This document shows positions 26,821 through 39,337 of a stretch of DNA of 64,000 bases, piece by piece. A program made the translations under genes and the position numbers. The notes under the pieces are model-generated. The model saw only the letters and a program-made list of their open reading frames with translations, had not been told where the DNA came from and ran no database searches. This DNA is from the human T2T-CHM13v2.0 reference genome, Homo sapiens. The stretch lies in assembly GCF_009914755.1 (NCBI RefSeq), contig NC_060940.1, one strand, 5' to 3'. Numbering within the stretch: the stretch's first letter is position 1; every line of letters starts with the position of its first letter.

Positions 26821-28314
26821 ATTCCAGAGCCAAAAAAATGCATATTTTTTTATGCTTAACATAGCCTGAGATGAAGTTTTCTACTTACTACTGAAAGTCT
26901 TACAATATATAAACAAGAACAATCTCTACATTTTGATTCACACTAGCCACCCCACTTCCCTCCTTAGAATACCTACCAGGTAATGCTAGGCTGTGCATTG
27001 ACAGTCACACTTACATGGTATGATGCATTCCACAAAGCAAAAACAACTCTCCCAGAGAGGTTCAGGCAGTCTCGTTTCCACTGAAGGTCCTGTTCAGACA
27101 CCTTGAGGACAATGACTCTGAGTCCCCCATAGGTGAAGCTTTTCTTTCCTTTATTAAACTTGAATCCCTAGGCTCTACCCAGGACCTACTGAATGTTCAG
27201 AGGTGGGACCCACACATATTTTTCTTTTCAAGTGCTCAGGTCCTTTTGAAGTGCCTTACTAAAAAATATCCTACACCTCAGACGTTAACTACTTATAACG
27301 CCAGCTTGCAGTTAAATGTTCTAAAGGCCTCCCTGTGTGTTTTAGCTGAATCTCTTCTCAATGGCTCCAGTGTTAATAGCCAGAGTAGTTAATAAATATT
27401 AACTGTTATGTTTTTATCTAGGCTGAAACTCTTTTCTGCCTGTGGATTGTAAGAACTGTCAGCAGTCAATTTTGAAAAGTCCTCTGCAGAGGAAGGTCTG
27501 CAATAATGATAATTAGTACTATATCATTATCACAACTGATATTATTACTATGTGCCAGGTAATGACATCGGTTTTGATAATGATATAGTAATAATATCAT
27601 TCTAACTATGCACATAGAATATTTTTCTTTCAATTAAGCATCCATAGCCCCCATGAGAGAAGTACTATCATTATCCTCGACTTATCAATGAAGAAATAAA
27701 GCATAGCCAGGATAAAGAGTTTTCCCTGTGTTACGTAGCTAGCAAAGACAAGAGATGGAACTTCAGAGTCTCAGTCCAAAGACATTACACTATGCTGCTT
27801 CATCATACATGAATTGATGCAAATCATTATCTATCTGTTGATACTCCTCTTTGATTCTTTTTCTCTCATTTTATGTCTTCAGTTTATAAAGTAATGGTTA
27901 CTTTCCACTCCCACAAGATCTCCAAACATTCCCGCAAGCAGAATTGCCAGTATCAAAGTGTTCATTTCCTGTTCTGACAGGGTTGAACTTTAAAAGGCCT
28001 TAAGGCAAGACAGGGATGGTAGCTGGTAAAGAGAGAGAGAGAATATGTGTGTGTTGTGGGTGACTTCAATGGCCATTTCCTTCCCAGACCTTCTCCTAGT
28101 TCAAAGTCAAGACTAATCAAGCATGGAGCTTCCACCAAACACCAAGCTAAGCAATCATAAATCTTCACAATCTTATGAGAGAAAAAGAGGTACTGTTCCC
28201 ACTTTACAGATGAGAAAACCAAGGCCCAGAGACATGAAGGAAGCCCAATACTTACAACACAGGACTTGGGGAGCCTGATGCCTTAGTGGTCATACCCGAA
28301 AAGGCAGGCAGGCA

Positions 28315-28612
<298 letters not shown>

Positions 28613-29824
28613 GCAAGCAACATAGGCAGGAAGGACTGGCCTTTCAGCCTCCCATGTGAGACCCCTCAAACTGGCCTTAGTCACCTTGGGGTCCTGCTCT
28701 CTGGCAAGAACCTTGGCTCTTCTTTTTAAAAAGAAGTTTGATCTGGCATTTTGCTTCAAGTTTGTTATGAGCAAATAATTCTCTTCACAAATCATGTCTG
28801 AAGAGGAGAGAAGCCAGAACAAAATAACAAAAAAAAACCTTTTTAACCTTTCTTGATGAAATGAGTAATAGCCTAAGAAAACATCACTGATTTCAGTTTG
28901 TCTGTCTCACAAAACACATAAATACAACCCAGTCTAATCCTTAACTTCACATGATCCTCTCAAGTGACCGAAAAGCTCCAAGGGGGTGTATGTAATTCAA
29001 CAAACCCCTACTAGCTAACAAGGCCCTCCAAAGCAGCTGAGCCTAGTTTCTTTCTGCCCGCCATGGACGAAGGTCATTCAACTTCAGCCCTTTTATGAAT
29101 GGAAATCAGCTTTGTAAAGACTGTTTGGCAGGCAGTGACCAGCAACAGACAACTCAATGACTGAGCTTTCTGAGTCATAAAATACTTTTGAAAGGGGGAG
29201 ATCAAAGCGTCCCTACCGCCTATTGAAATCCAATTGTTTCCAAAGTTCTGCAAGAACCCAGGCTCTCTGGAGAATGGGTCACTGCAGTCATAGTCTAAAA
29301 AAGGCCACCAGTAAAACAAAGATACAATGGGGACATTAGTGCAGCCAGCCATGGGGGAGAAACGCCACTTACGGTTTAATTGTTGGGGACAAAGAAAAGA
29401 GAAACGAGGGGAAACCGAGTGACAAAATTGGATGATGCATCAGGAATTGAGGCTGGAGGGAGTTCTCATGGCAGCCTTGATCACGGTACATACTCCACTC
29501 AGAGCATCAGATGCAGTGCTAAGGCTGGATGGTAATCAGACACCGGGCAGAAGATCCAAGAGAAACAGCAAAGCAGTCCACTACTCTTGCCAGCTGGGCC
29601 TTCACTGAAGTTATTCATCAGTGGTAAACTCACCCATGTATTACAAAGCTGGGCAGAAATGCAATATGACTGACACTTTTTGCATGTCTTTTCAATCAAT
29701 CTTCACATGAAGAATGGAGCTTGGTTTAGAATTTCTTAAGCAAGGGGTGCATTTCCCCAACGGGAACACATGTCCAGGTACAAGTAAAGTACAAATAATC
29801 TCAGACTTAGGAATTGCTCTTTTA

Positions 29825-30186
<362 letters not shown>

Positions 30187-30867
30187 AAACGGGGAGTTGG
30201 TGGGGAGGAGTGGTCAAATTAGTATGGAAATCCTACCTCTTGGCACTTCACAATGCATATTAGTGTATTAAAAGGTATGAAATATGTTAAAGATGTTTGT
30301 TTAGCTTCCTTTAAACCTCTAAATTTTCCCTAACTTGTATGACCATAAACCACTTATTCCTGGAGCATCTCTTAACAGTTAAAAATTAATACATAATATT
30401 ATAGTATCTATTTTGGGTACCATTGTGTTGATGTTTTTCATGTCACCACCAAACTGTGAAGAGATGCTCCTTGGAAAAAAAAAATTTCATTGGCCAAAGA
30501 AGTTAGGGAAACTATAGGTATAAACAGAGTTAAACAGGTGTCTTTAATATAAGACATTTCTGACTTGTCAATATGCTAATATGCATTGTACAGCTCAGAG
30601 AGGTTGCATTTTGGCAATAACTTCACCAGCTCCCCACTTTTCTAAAACCATACTGTGTAAACTCCTTGTTTCAGGGTTGAATCACAGCTTGGTTCACAAT
30701 AAAAATAGCAGTTGCCAGGTCTAAAAGTATTGCTCCATTCTCTTCCCTAGATTGTAAGCTCTACGACCTGGATCTAACATGCATCTTGTTGGTAAGCTTC
30801 ATCTACCATGCTCTCAACAGTGCCTGACACACTAGAGGCTAATAGTTGTCCAATGAAAAAAGGATAG

Positions 30868-31165
<298 letters not shown>

Positions 31166-32559
31166 TGATGAGTCAATGTGTCTAACAAGTTCCAAAAATA
31201 CAAGCATTTTCACTAAGTGGTTCTCAGATATTCGTATGCATCAGAATCATCTGGAGAATTAAAAATACACCTTCCTGTGTCCAGCCTCCCTGAGCTTCTG
31301 TTGTAGACAAAGGAATTCACATTTTCAGCCCTTCAAGTGAAGCTAATCATAGTTGTTCACACTCTGATAATCACTGTCCTGACAAACAGGATCACTAAGA
31401 CAGATGATTTTTGAGCAGTAAAATTTTTAGATCTCTTAGTACGTAGGAAGAAACATGCAAGTTTGTTCTGTTGGAAGACAAAATTAAGAAATACAGGTAA
31501 AAATTTTAAGACTGTGGTTCAACAGCAAGATGAAGAGTCTCCACCAATGTCATGGCTTGCTGGATGTAATGACTTTCTCATCACTGTGCTAGTCAGAGGG
31601 AGGCTGGATATAGTAGAAAGGACAGACATGGCAGATCACCATTAGATTAGGTTAATCTGTACCTCTGAGATTCTGGGACAAAGGCTGCAAATCCTAGCAC
31701 CTTCACAGATTATAAGGCCACCTGGTATAAAAAACAGGGGTGAGCTTTTCTAGGTTACCCTATAAAAGCATTCAAAATTTTAAAACAATCATCTCTAAAC
31801 ATAACAGTAGGCAGTTTTTACTCAGGGAAGTGTGCAACCCCTGTTTCATGAATGAATTATTCCAAGTAAGTAACAACTACCTCAATTCTGGAATAAAGGG
31901 AGACCTGTGAGTTGGCAGGGGAGGTGGGTGCATTTTAAGAAATTATTACAAATATTTCAAACAGGTTAATTCTGAATTATTAAGGCTAACAGTCTGCTAG
32001 CAAAATTTTAGCTGGAGTATGTATGCACGCATGTCTGCTTATATGTATGTACGTACATATGTATTCACTATTATAACCATTCTACCATTTTCCACTTTCT
32101 TTGGGGACTTCTCTAGCAGACAAGATAATGGTAGATTCCTATTAGTACTTTGTCAAATCATTTAAAGGTGACATCGCTTTCCTAATATACACTGCATGCA
32201 CACTAGAAAATTGCTACCACATCCAAAAGGACCCTAAGGCCAGTGGTCTGGCCCCACTCAGAGAAACACTGATATATAAACTTCAGGTGAAGAAGTTTCA
32301 TCTCCCAGTCTCATTCATCTCTTCTCGGTCTCTGTATTAATAGGAGAAGGGTGGCTGTCTCTCCTGGCATGTTAACTCGATGAGTCTCTCCAACAAGCCT
32401 GTTAAAGGCTTGTTCCTTTTCTGAACTCTTGAATCATCTATGATTCTGAATCTATTACTATAGATGCTAATTAATTTCAGAGGAGTTATGAACCCCTGAT
32501 TAACCAAAGAAGCTGAGCAATGTCTAAGAAAATGTAAACAAAAAAGTGCTTTCAATTTC

Positions 32560-33110
32560 ATTAACCATCAGAACAATGCAAACTACACCCATAATGTGGT
32601 ACTACTTCACACCTATCAATCAGAACAGCTAAAATGGAAAAACAGGCAATATCAAGTCTTCAGGAGGATTTGGAGCAACTGGAACTCTCATACACTGGTG
32701 ATGAGAGTTTAAATTAGTACAACCACTTTGAAAAGCTGCTTGTCAGTACTCATTAAAGCTGAACATATACAAGTTGAGTACCCCTAATCCAAAAATTTGA
32801 AATCTGAAATGCTCCAAAATCTGAAACTTTTGAGTACTGATATGACACTCAAAGAAAATCCTTATTGGAGCATTTCAGATTTTTTGCATTAGAGATGCTC
32901 AACCAGAATATATTCTGCAAATATTCCAAAATCCTCCCCAAATTGAAAATCCACAACACTTCTGGTCCCAAACATTTCAGATAAGGAATAACTCAATTTA
33001 TACATACTCTGTGACTCAACAACTTTATTCTTAGGCATGTATCCAACAGAATGTGTCCATACGTTCATCAAAATGCATATACAAGAATGTTCAGTCATAA
33101 CAGCCCCAAA
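32560..33110 (+). mobile_element. Old L1ME fragment interrupted by Tigger4/MER46
   Basis: tggagcaactggaactctcatacactggtgatgagagtttaaattagtacaaccactttg. Confidence 0.65.
32770..33000. mobile_element. MER46A/Tigger4a-like element
   Basis: caagttgagtacccctaatcc...aaatgctccaaaatctgaaac...ggagcatttcagat...gataaggaataactcaa terminal inverted repeats with TA flanks. Confidence 0.8.
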
Positions 33111-33728
33111 CTGCTGGTGGGGGTGTAAATTAGTTCAACCATTGTGGAAAGCAGTATGGCAATTTTTCAAAGAGCTAAAAGCAGAAATACCATTCAACCT
33201 AGCAGTCCCAGTACTAGGTATGAGAAGAACATAAACCATTCTACCATAAAGACACATGCATGTGAATGTTTATTGCTGCACTATTCACCATAGCAAGGAC
33301 ATGGAATCAACCTAAATGCCCATCAATGACAGAGTGGATGAAGAAAATGTGGTACATATACACCATGGAATACTATGCAACCATAAAAATAAACGAGATC
33401 AGGTCTTTTGCAGGAACGTGGATGGAGAGCAAGGCTATTATCATTAGCAAACTAACGCAGGAGGAGAAATTCAAATCCCACGTTCTCACTTATAAGTGGG
33501 AGCTAAATGATGAGAACTCATGAACACAAAGAAGGGAACAATAGACACTGAGGTCTACTTGGGGGTGGAGGGTCGGAGAAGATAGAGGAACAGAAAAGAT
33601 AACCATTGGGTACTGGGCTTAATATCTGGGTGATGAAATAATCTGTACAACAAACCCTTGTGACATGAGTTCACCCACGTGACAAACCTTCACTTGTACC
33701 CCTGAACCTAAAAGTTTTAAAAAAAAAT
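33111..33728 (+). mobile_element. L1PB-type ORF2 end and 3' UTR (5'-truncated)
   Basis: Translation MFIAALFTIARTWNQPKCPS...MWYIYTMEYYA is the L1 ORF2 C-terminus; followed by 3' UTR and A-tail. Confidence 0.88.
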
Positions 33729-33939
33729 GGATAAAAACATCATGAAATCTTCATACAGAAAAATTTTATGATTCTACTCATGTGAAATTTTGATAATATT
33801 AATCTATTACTATGAGATTATTAATTTGAGACAATTGATAAGATTTCCCATCACTCACAGAGTGAAGTCCTGAGAGTGCTAAACATGAGGAGGCTAAATT
33901 TTGCTGAAAATAGAACAGCTATAAAGAAATTATTCCCTG

Positions 33940-34140
33940 CCAGGAACTGCTATGGCACTTTCCACATAAGAAATAATTGAATCCCCACTGCCCTGTGATG
34001 TAAACTCTTGTTATTCCCATCTTAGAAATAAAGAAACTAAGGCATAGTTAACTCTACTTAACATAGAGTTAAACAATTTGTCTAAGGTCCTATGAGTAAA
34101 TGCTGGTCTGAGAATTAGAACCTGGGCAGACTGCTTTTAA
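33940..34140 (-). mobile_element. MIR
   Basis: ttattcccatcttaga...gaaactaaggcata...ttgtctaaggtcc. Confidence 0.55.
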
Positions 34141-34273
34141 CTACTGGTATGTGGAATGGGATAGTTTAAGCCACTACGGTGGGTTGTGTAAACTCCTCCT
34201 TTAGGACACCGGAATAGACAGAAGAAAGAGAAATACAAAGGGGATGCTAAGTAAAGAGAAGGAGATGTGCCAC

Positions 34274-34313
34274 AACAAAACAAACAAACAAACAAACAAA
34301 CAAACAAAAAAAC
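34274..34313 (+). repeat. (AAAC)n microsatellite
   Basis: Direct reading. Confidence 0.9.
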
Positions 34314-35426
34314 AAGATATAGTCATGTGTGCACACACAGGGGCATGTAACCATGTTATAATATATAGGTCAATGGTGAGCCATGTTCATCATTTTAAAT
34401 AGACCAAAGAAAGAATACCGTGATTGTGGTTGTAATGAAAGGTTTTAGCTAAATTTCAGGCCATAATAGGGGGAAAAAATTAAAAAGTAACTGAAAGTTT
34501 CAACTAACAAAGAACATGGGAGTCCGCATTCACCCGCACCCAAGCCACCCCTCTTGCTTTGTGCCATGATGTACCATGTACATTACTCACTACATCCTCA
34601 CTTGGGCTTTCTCACATTTTCCTTCTTCTGGCCATGCCAGAGCACAATCACCATGTGTCTCAACACACACAAACTCTTCTGTCAATTCAAGACACTTCTC
34701 AATCACAACACAGAATGAAATCAACCCAGAACAACATTTACCGCCTCGTATATTTGATTGAATCCTGAGAAGAGTATCATTTACACTGATATTCTTGGCC
34801 TGGTGCTCAGCAGATGAGGATTACATAGGGAGGAAATAACACTGGTCCCAAATGCTTTTAAAAGGTTCTGCTTCCCTGAATGCCACATTTAATCCTGCCA
34901 GCCCAGGAACACAGCACCCCACATTCTAAAAGGATGTCTTATGTGAGCAGGACACCAGCAACAGATTAGTTCAAAGAAGACAAAAGGCCTCCCTTCAGCA
35001 AAGTGAAGGTTGATCTTACCAGTGCTGCTGAATGCAATTTCGCATTGAAATACAGTTTTCCCATTTCAAAGCCATGTAGACGCATGAAGCTTGTTAGATT
35101 TATAGAATGCCTGGTCTCCCGGGACATTACAAAGCGAATGGCATCCATCAAGTTAATTTCCTTGGGGATCATCTCAAACATGGAGAATGAAAAGTCCCAG
35201 ACCATTAAACATCAAAAGATTGTTCTAAATGGTAATTAAAGTTCTATTATATTTTCTTTTTCTGGGAGCAGATTAGATTAATTCAATTGAGAATATTAGA
35301 AGTATCAAGGCTGACAGTGTGAATGTGTGGAGTTGGCTGGAAGAGCATTTATATTGCAGACATCTGTTCATTCAAGTTACACAAAACACGAAAGAGGGAG
35401 CTCAACTCAGACTGGGGTGTACTTAC

Positions 35427-35743
35427 CAAGCCAGCACACGTAGACACAGCGACAGAGGAGGAGCTGTCATTTCTGATAAATCCCTGATAGAAGCATTGCT
35501 GCACCTCGGGTTTCTGAGTCTCTGAAGCACCATCTTTTCCAAGTACCTGGACAATAAAGTGACTGCTCAAAATCGCCGAGGGCTTAAGTTCTAAGTGCAG
35601 TTCCTGTCCAAATGCTGAAAATCGGTAGTGCAGGGAGCTTCTGGCATTCTGCGCCGATCGCTTTTTCCTGCCGTTGTGCAAAATGTCGTGTGAAATATAT
35701 GACCCGGCTGAGTCTACTTCTACTGGCGTGACAAAGACGTAAT
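35427..35743 (-). CDS. ADAMTS18: ADAMTS18 coding exon 3 (prodomain DYVFVTPVEVDSAGSYISHDILHNGRKKRS...CFYQGFIRNDSSSSVAVSTCAGL, 317 nt)
   Basis: Branch-like CTGAC (35766-35770), acceptor ttttcccattgcAG|ATTAC and donor TTG|GTAAGT. Contains M12B-propeptide-type motifs (LHLEL, CFYQG, VSTCAGL). 90+88+317=495 nt ends in phase 0. Confidence 0.97.
35658..35669 (-). other. ADAMTS18: Furin/proprotein-convertase consensus RKKR in the prodomain
   Basis: AGG AAA AAG CGA in the exon 3 frame; R-X-K/R-R motif. Confidence 0.75.
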
Positions 35744-38550
35744 CTGCAATGGGAAAAGTTCAGCTGTCAGCACCCAGAGCCCACAATTCCAAATGGTCTC
35801 TTTCCAGCAAGCTGGCAAAGAGCAACACAAAGCTCAAAGATATCTTTGTTCCTATTGCCTTGCACCTAGATCAAATATAATTCAGAGCAGCACAGGCAGC
35901 AGAAGACCTGTCTCTACAACTAACTCGGCCACAGTCATTTCTACAGGTGCCCGAAAGCCAAGCACAATTTTGATGAATTTCATGGATGTCTGTGGAAAAA
36001 TGTAACACCTCTCATTGTCTGGAGAGAGATTTAGAACATTCTTTTGATGTTTAATGGTCTGGGCCTTTTATAATATTGGCCACAGAACCATTCATATATA
36101 TAAAATTTAATTTTTTTGAAGATAAAGTTAATAAACATAAAACTACAAAATCGGGAAATTTCTTCAAGGAGGTTAATTTCTCTGTGCTTAAACTGAATCG
36201 GGAACATTTTGGCAGAGGCAGAGTTTACATTTCAAGTCCTAACTCACAGTGTGGGGTAGCCTCAGATGATATTTCAGATCATTAACAAGCAACAGCATTT
36301 TCATTTTTCCAATATTATTTATGCGTGATAAGAAAACTCCAGCACTTGTATCACCCTTAGCATTTTACTGTGAGCTTTCACAGGGATGATCCCATTTAAT
36401 TGTAAGCATAAAATACAGTGCATGCACAAAAATGCCTCAAAATTGTCAGAACCCTCCTATATAGTCTGATGTATAAAATTGCTCAGGCATGTTGGTGGGG
36501 GAGTGTCAGATCAGGGGACACCTGGAAAGGCATGTTTAAAAATACCTTCACCACTTCTCCCTAGAGCAGTACTAATTGCTGAATGTTCCAAAGAGGAGGA
36601 GCTAAAATACAATTTGCTATTTGAAAAGCAAAGCCAGCACACTGTTTTCTTTCACCAAACATTGAAGCTGAAAAGCATCATCCCACAAAATGATTTGGAA
36701 TATGCCCTCTGTGCATTAAAAAACAGCCTGCATTTCCACTTTCAAGGCACAGAATGGGAAACTACTTTGGAAAGTGTTTAGAAAGCTGTTGAATAATGAC
36801 GAGGTATGTTTGAGTCACTTGGGTCCCCAGTTACTGGAGGAGGAAAAGGAAGAGAAATTTCTCTTTTCCCTAAACAGTCAACAACCTTCCCCCTCCTCCA
36901 ATAAAAAAAAAAAAAAACTAAGGAATAGTGGAGCCCCTGTAGCTAGCAAAGATCAATGAGTGATGGCCTAATTAGGCTCACATTAAAAAAGAATTCTCCA
37001 CAATAGACAATAATTTTCTTCTGTTTATGAACCATCTGTGACTTATTCCTTGGGCAGCTTTCATTTTTATATTCTTTATGTCCTCCCACTTCCATTTTTC
37101 TTCTTGACTCCCTCCTTTAACTAAAAATGCTGTATAATTGACATACATATTTTACAATAATGGGGGGAAAAGTTTTTCCCCTCTCTTAACCTTGAAAATC
37201 TGAGCCAGACATACAATATTTTTCTTCTCTTAAAAATCTGATACATTGCTTTAAAGGGATGTGGCTCTTGATTATGTGCAATTTCTTAGAGAAAGTCTAC
37301 CTTCTCCTTCTGTCAAACTAAAACTTAACTATGAAAAAGATTCCTGACATATGCAGGAAGTCTGTGTCTCACCTTCTTGTCCCAAATCATCTGAAACTCT
37401 GCCTGCTCTTACTTGGAAGGCTCTGTAGGAACGTTATCCAGCCAGCCTTCTATGGAACCAGCCATCAAACGGCCCCAGACACCTGCTACCAGCTTGTTTC
37501 CAAGGGGAGAATAACAGGCTGTTGGTTACATTCGGTTCTTGATGGAAGAAGGGCAGTCAGTGTCCCCTGTAAAGAGTGATCTCTGATTGACCACTTCAGG
37601 AGGTGAGTAAGGGTGAGGTCCTTACAAGGTTGTGGCTGGGTCGGACGTGGCCTCCAGCCATCTGATCCTGATATAAGAATGAGGGGTGGTTTTAGAAACT
37701 GCAGCCTCTCTGTTTGGACAAAAGGTGAATCCCTTCTCCATGACTCCATCCTGCCCCACTCCCCATTCCCCTGACAAGAAAAGGAGATAACCTTGCAAAA
37801 CTAAAAATTACAGAATTCTAAAGAATCCAGGTTGAGCTGTAAGGTTTTCCTAGACACTTTGCGTCAGGAATCAGCTGTTCTCCTGTAGCTGATGGGAAAC
37901 AATCAAAACAAGGATTTCCCTCTGGGCTCCACTGGGAAGTTAATAAATGTCAGAAGTGAGGGATTTTCTGGAAGTTTGTGGCTGGGGAACGTCAGAAAAG
38001 ATAGATAAAGGACTCAGAGACCTGAAGTCACCTGCTTTCCTCTCTCTAAAAGCAGCCTTAGACATCCGTAAAACAAGGGAAGCAGAAATGAAAAAAAAAG
38101 AAGAGATAGAAAAGGAACAGAAGTCGAGAGAAAAATGAGGAAAGATGGAGAGAGGAAAGAGGCTCACATTCTTTCATCTCCCACTAAGAATTAGCTTCCC
38201 CCAACAAGAGTTAGGAGAGGGAGGAAATAAGTAATTCCTTAGTTAATGTCCACTTCCCTTCGAATTTCTCACTGCAGTTAGGATTTTTTTTTTTTCTTGT
38301 TCTTCTTAACAAGCCACCTGTGAAGGAGGGAGAGTATTTGCTTTTATGTGACTTGCAGCTCGGGGCGTTGATTCTTTTGATAAGTTCAGTCCTTGCCAAC
38401 CTTCCCCCCTCTCCAAACAGGAACCATTTCCAAGACAGCGCACACCTGCCAGGTTAGGGGGTGCGCTTTTCCATCTTTTCTCTCTTTGGGGGAAGGAAGG
38501 GTCAAAGTGCTGCGAAAGGCCCTTCTTGGGGATGGGGGGCAAATACGAAC
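35744..38550 (-). other. ADAMTS18: ADAMTS18 intron 2 (2807 nt, GT-AG)
   Basis: GTTCGT ... TTGCAG between exons 2 and 3. Confidence 0.92.
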
Positions 38551-38638
38551 CATCATTTAATCCGCTGGCGCCGCTGCTGCTGTCACTGGCTAAGGCCGCG
38601 GCGACCGACGCACAGCAGAGGCAGCACAGCTGGAGCGC
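38551..38638 (-). CDS. ADAMTS18: ADAMTS18 coding exon 2 (ALQLCCLCCASVAAALASDSSSGASGLND, 88 nt; hydrophobic core of signal peptide)
   Basis: Acceptor ccttttctcttgcAG|GCG and donor GATG|GTTCGT (phase 1). Reading frame is continuous with exons 1 and 3. Confidence 0.95.
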
Positions 38639-38738
38639 CTGCAAGAGAAAAGGTGACATCGCGCGTGAGGGGCGCGGCGGGGCTGGCGTCGGGCGCCCCC
38701 TGCCACCCGCTCTCGGAGCTCCGCTCGGCGGCACCTGC
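38639..38738 (-). other. ADAMTS18: ADAMTS18 intron 1, 100 nt, non-canonical GC-AG
   Basis: Begins GCAGGT and ends TTGCAG. This is the only junction giving ...RVAK-ALQL... Confidence 0.88.
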
Positions 38739-38828
38739 CTTGGCCACGCGCCCCAGTCCCGCCAGGCCCCTCGGCGGGCCCGAACCCGCAGCCGGGAAGG
38801 CACACGCGAGCAGGAGGGCGCACTCCAT
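38739..38828 (-). CDS. ADAMTS18: ADAMTS18 coding exon 1 (MECALLLACAFPAAGSGPPRGLAGLGRVAK, 90 nt)
   Basis: ATG in strong Kozak context (ACCATGG) at 38828. The translation matches the N-terminus of human ADAMTS18 as I recall it. It joins in frame to exon 2 only via the donor AAG|GCAGGT. Confidence 0.96.
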
Positions 38829-38830
38829 GG

Positions 38831-38896
38831 TCAGGTGCGGACGCGGCGGCTGCGGGTGGCCAGACGCGGCAGGCGGAGCGCACGGGCGGCGCGCAT
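38831..38896 (-). other. uORF, 21 aa (MRAARALRLPRLATRSRRVRT*)
   Basis: ATG at 38896 (A at -3) and TGA at 38833-38831, 2 nt before the main ATG. Confidence 0.6.
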
Positions 38897-38957
38897 TCTT
38901 TCCGCGGCCCCGGAGCTCGGCGCCCCAGGTGCGGCTCCAGGTGAGAGCCGCCGCCGT

Positions 38958-38963
38958 TCACAT
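38958..38963 (-). other. Start-stop uORF (ATGTGA)
   Basis: gcgATGTGAacg on the minus strand within the probable 5' UTR. Confidence 0.55.
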
Positions 38964-39240
38964 CGCAGCGGGGGCGCGCTGGGACCTCCCCTCCTCCGGC
39001 CGCCTGCGCGCCCTCCCTTCTCCCGGCGCGGGCCTGCCGAGCTGCAGTTTGCGGCACCCCAGAGGGTACGGGGGGCTCCCTGGGCCGGGACTGGAGCGCA
39101 AACGGTTGGGAGACTGTCGGTGTCTGCCCGCCCGTCTGTGCGTCTGTCTGTGTCGGTGTGAGCGTCTGAGGCGATGGGGAAGACAGCGCCAGCTGGCTCC
39201 CCCAGCGCGCCGGAGCCGAGCGCCCGCCTCTCCACCGCGC

Positions 39241-39250
39241 GGTGATTGGC
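39241..39250 (-). promoter_or_regulatory. CCAAT box (NF-Y type, GCCAATCACC)
   Basis: ATTGG at 39245-39249 on +, with good flanks and the typical -80 position. Confidence 0.6.
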
Positions 39251-39337
39251 GACCAGCGGCTCCCGGGCTCGTCCGAGCCCCCGGGCTGGTGCAAGGGCGT
39301 GGGATTCCCGGCTCCAGCTCTGAGGGAGGGGGCGAAG

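Larger units (their letters stand above)
38829..39167 (-). other. ADAMTS18: Probable ADAMTS18 5' UTR, with candidate TSS near 39167
   Basis: Inr-like cTCAGAC at 39167 lies ~80 nt downstream of a CCAAT box. The TSS is inferred, not observed. Confidence 0.55.

Noticed and set aside
33037-33523. ORFs resembling L1 ORF2 C-terminus
   Set aside because: Fragmented, 5'-truncated L1 that cannot encode a functional ORF2p.
38692-38708. CTCF-like GGCAGGGGGCGC in intron 1
   Set aside because: Lacks the conserved CC at the start of the core, and such partial matches are common in CpG islands.
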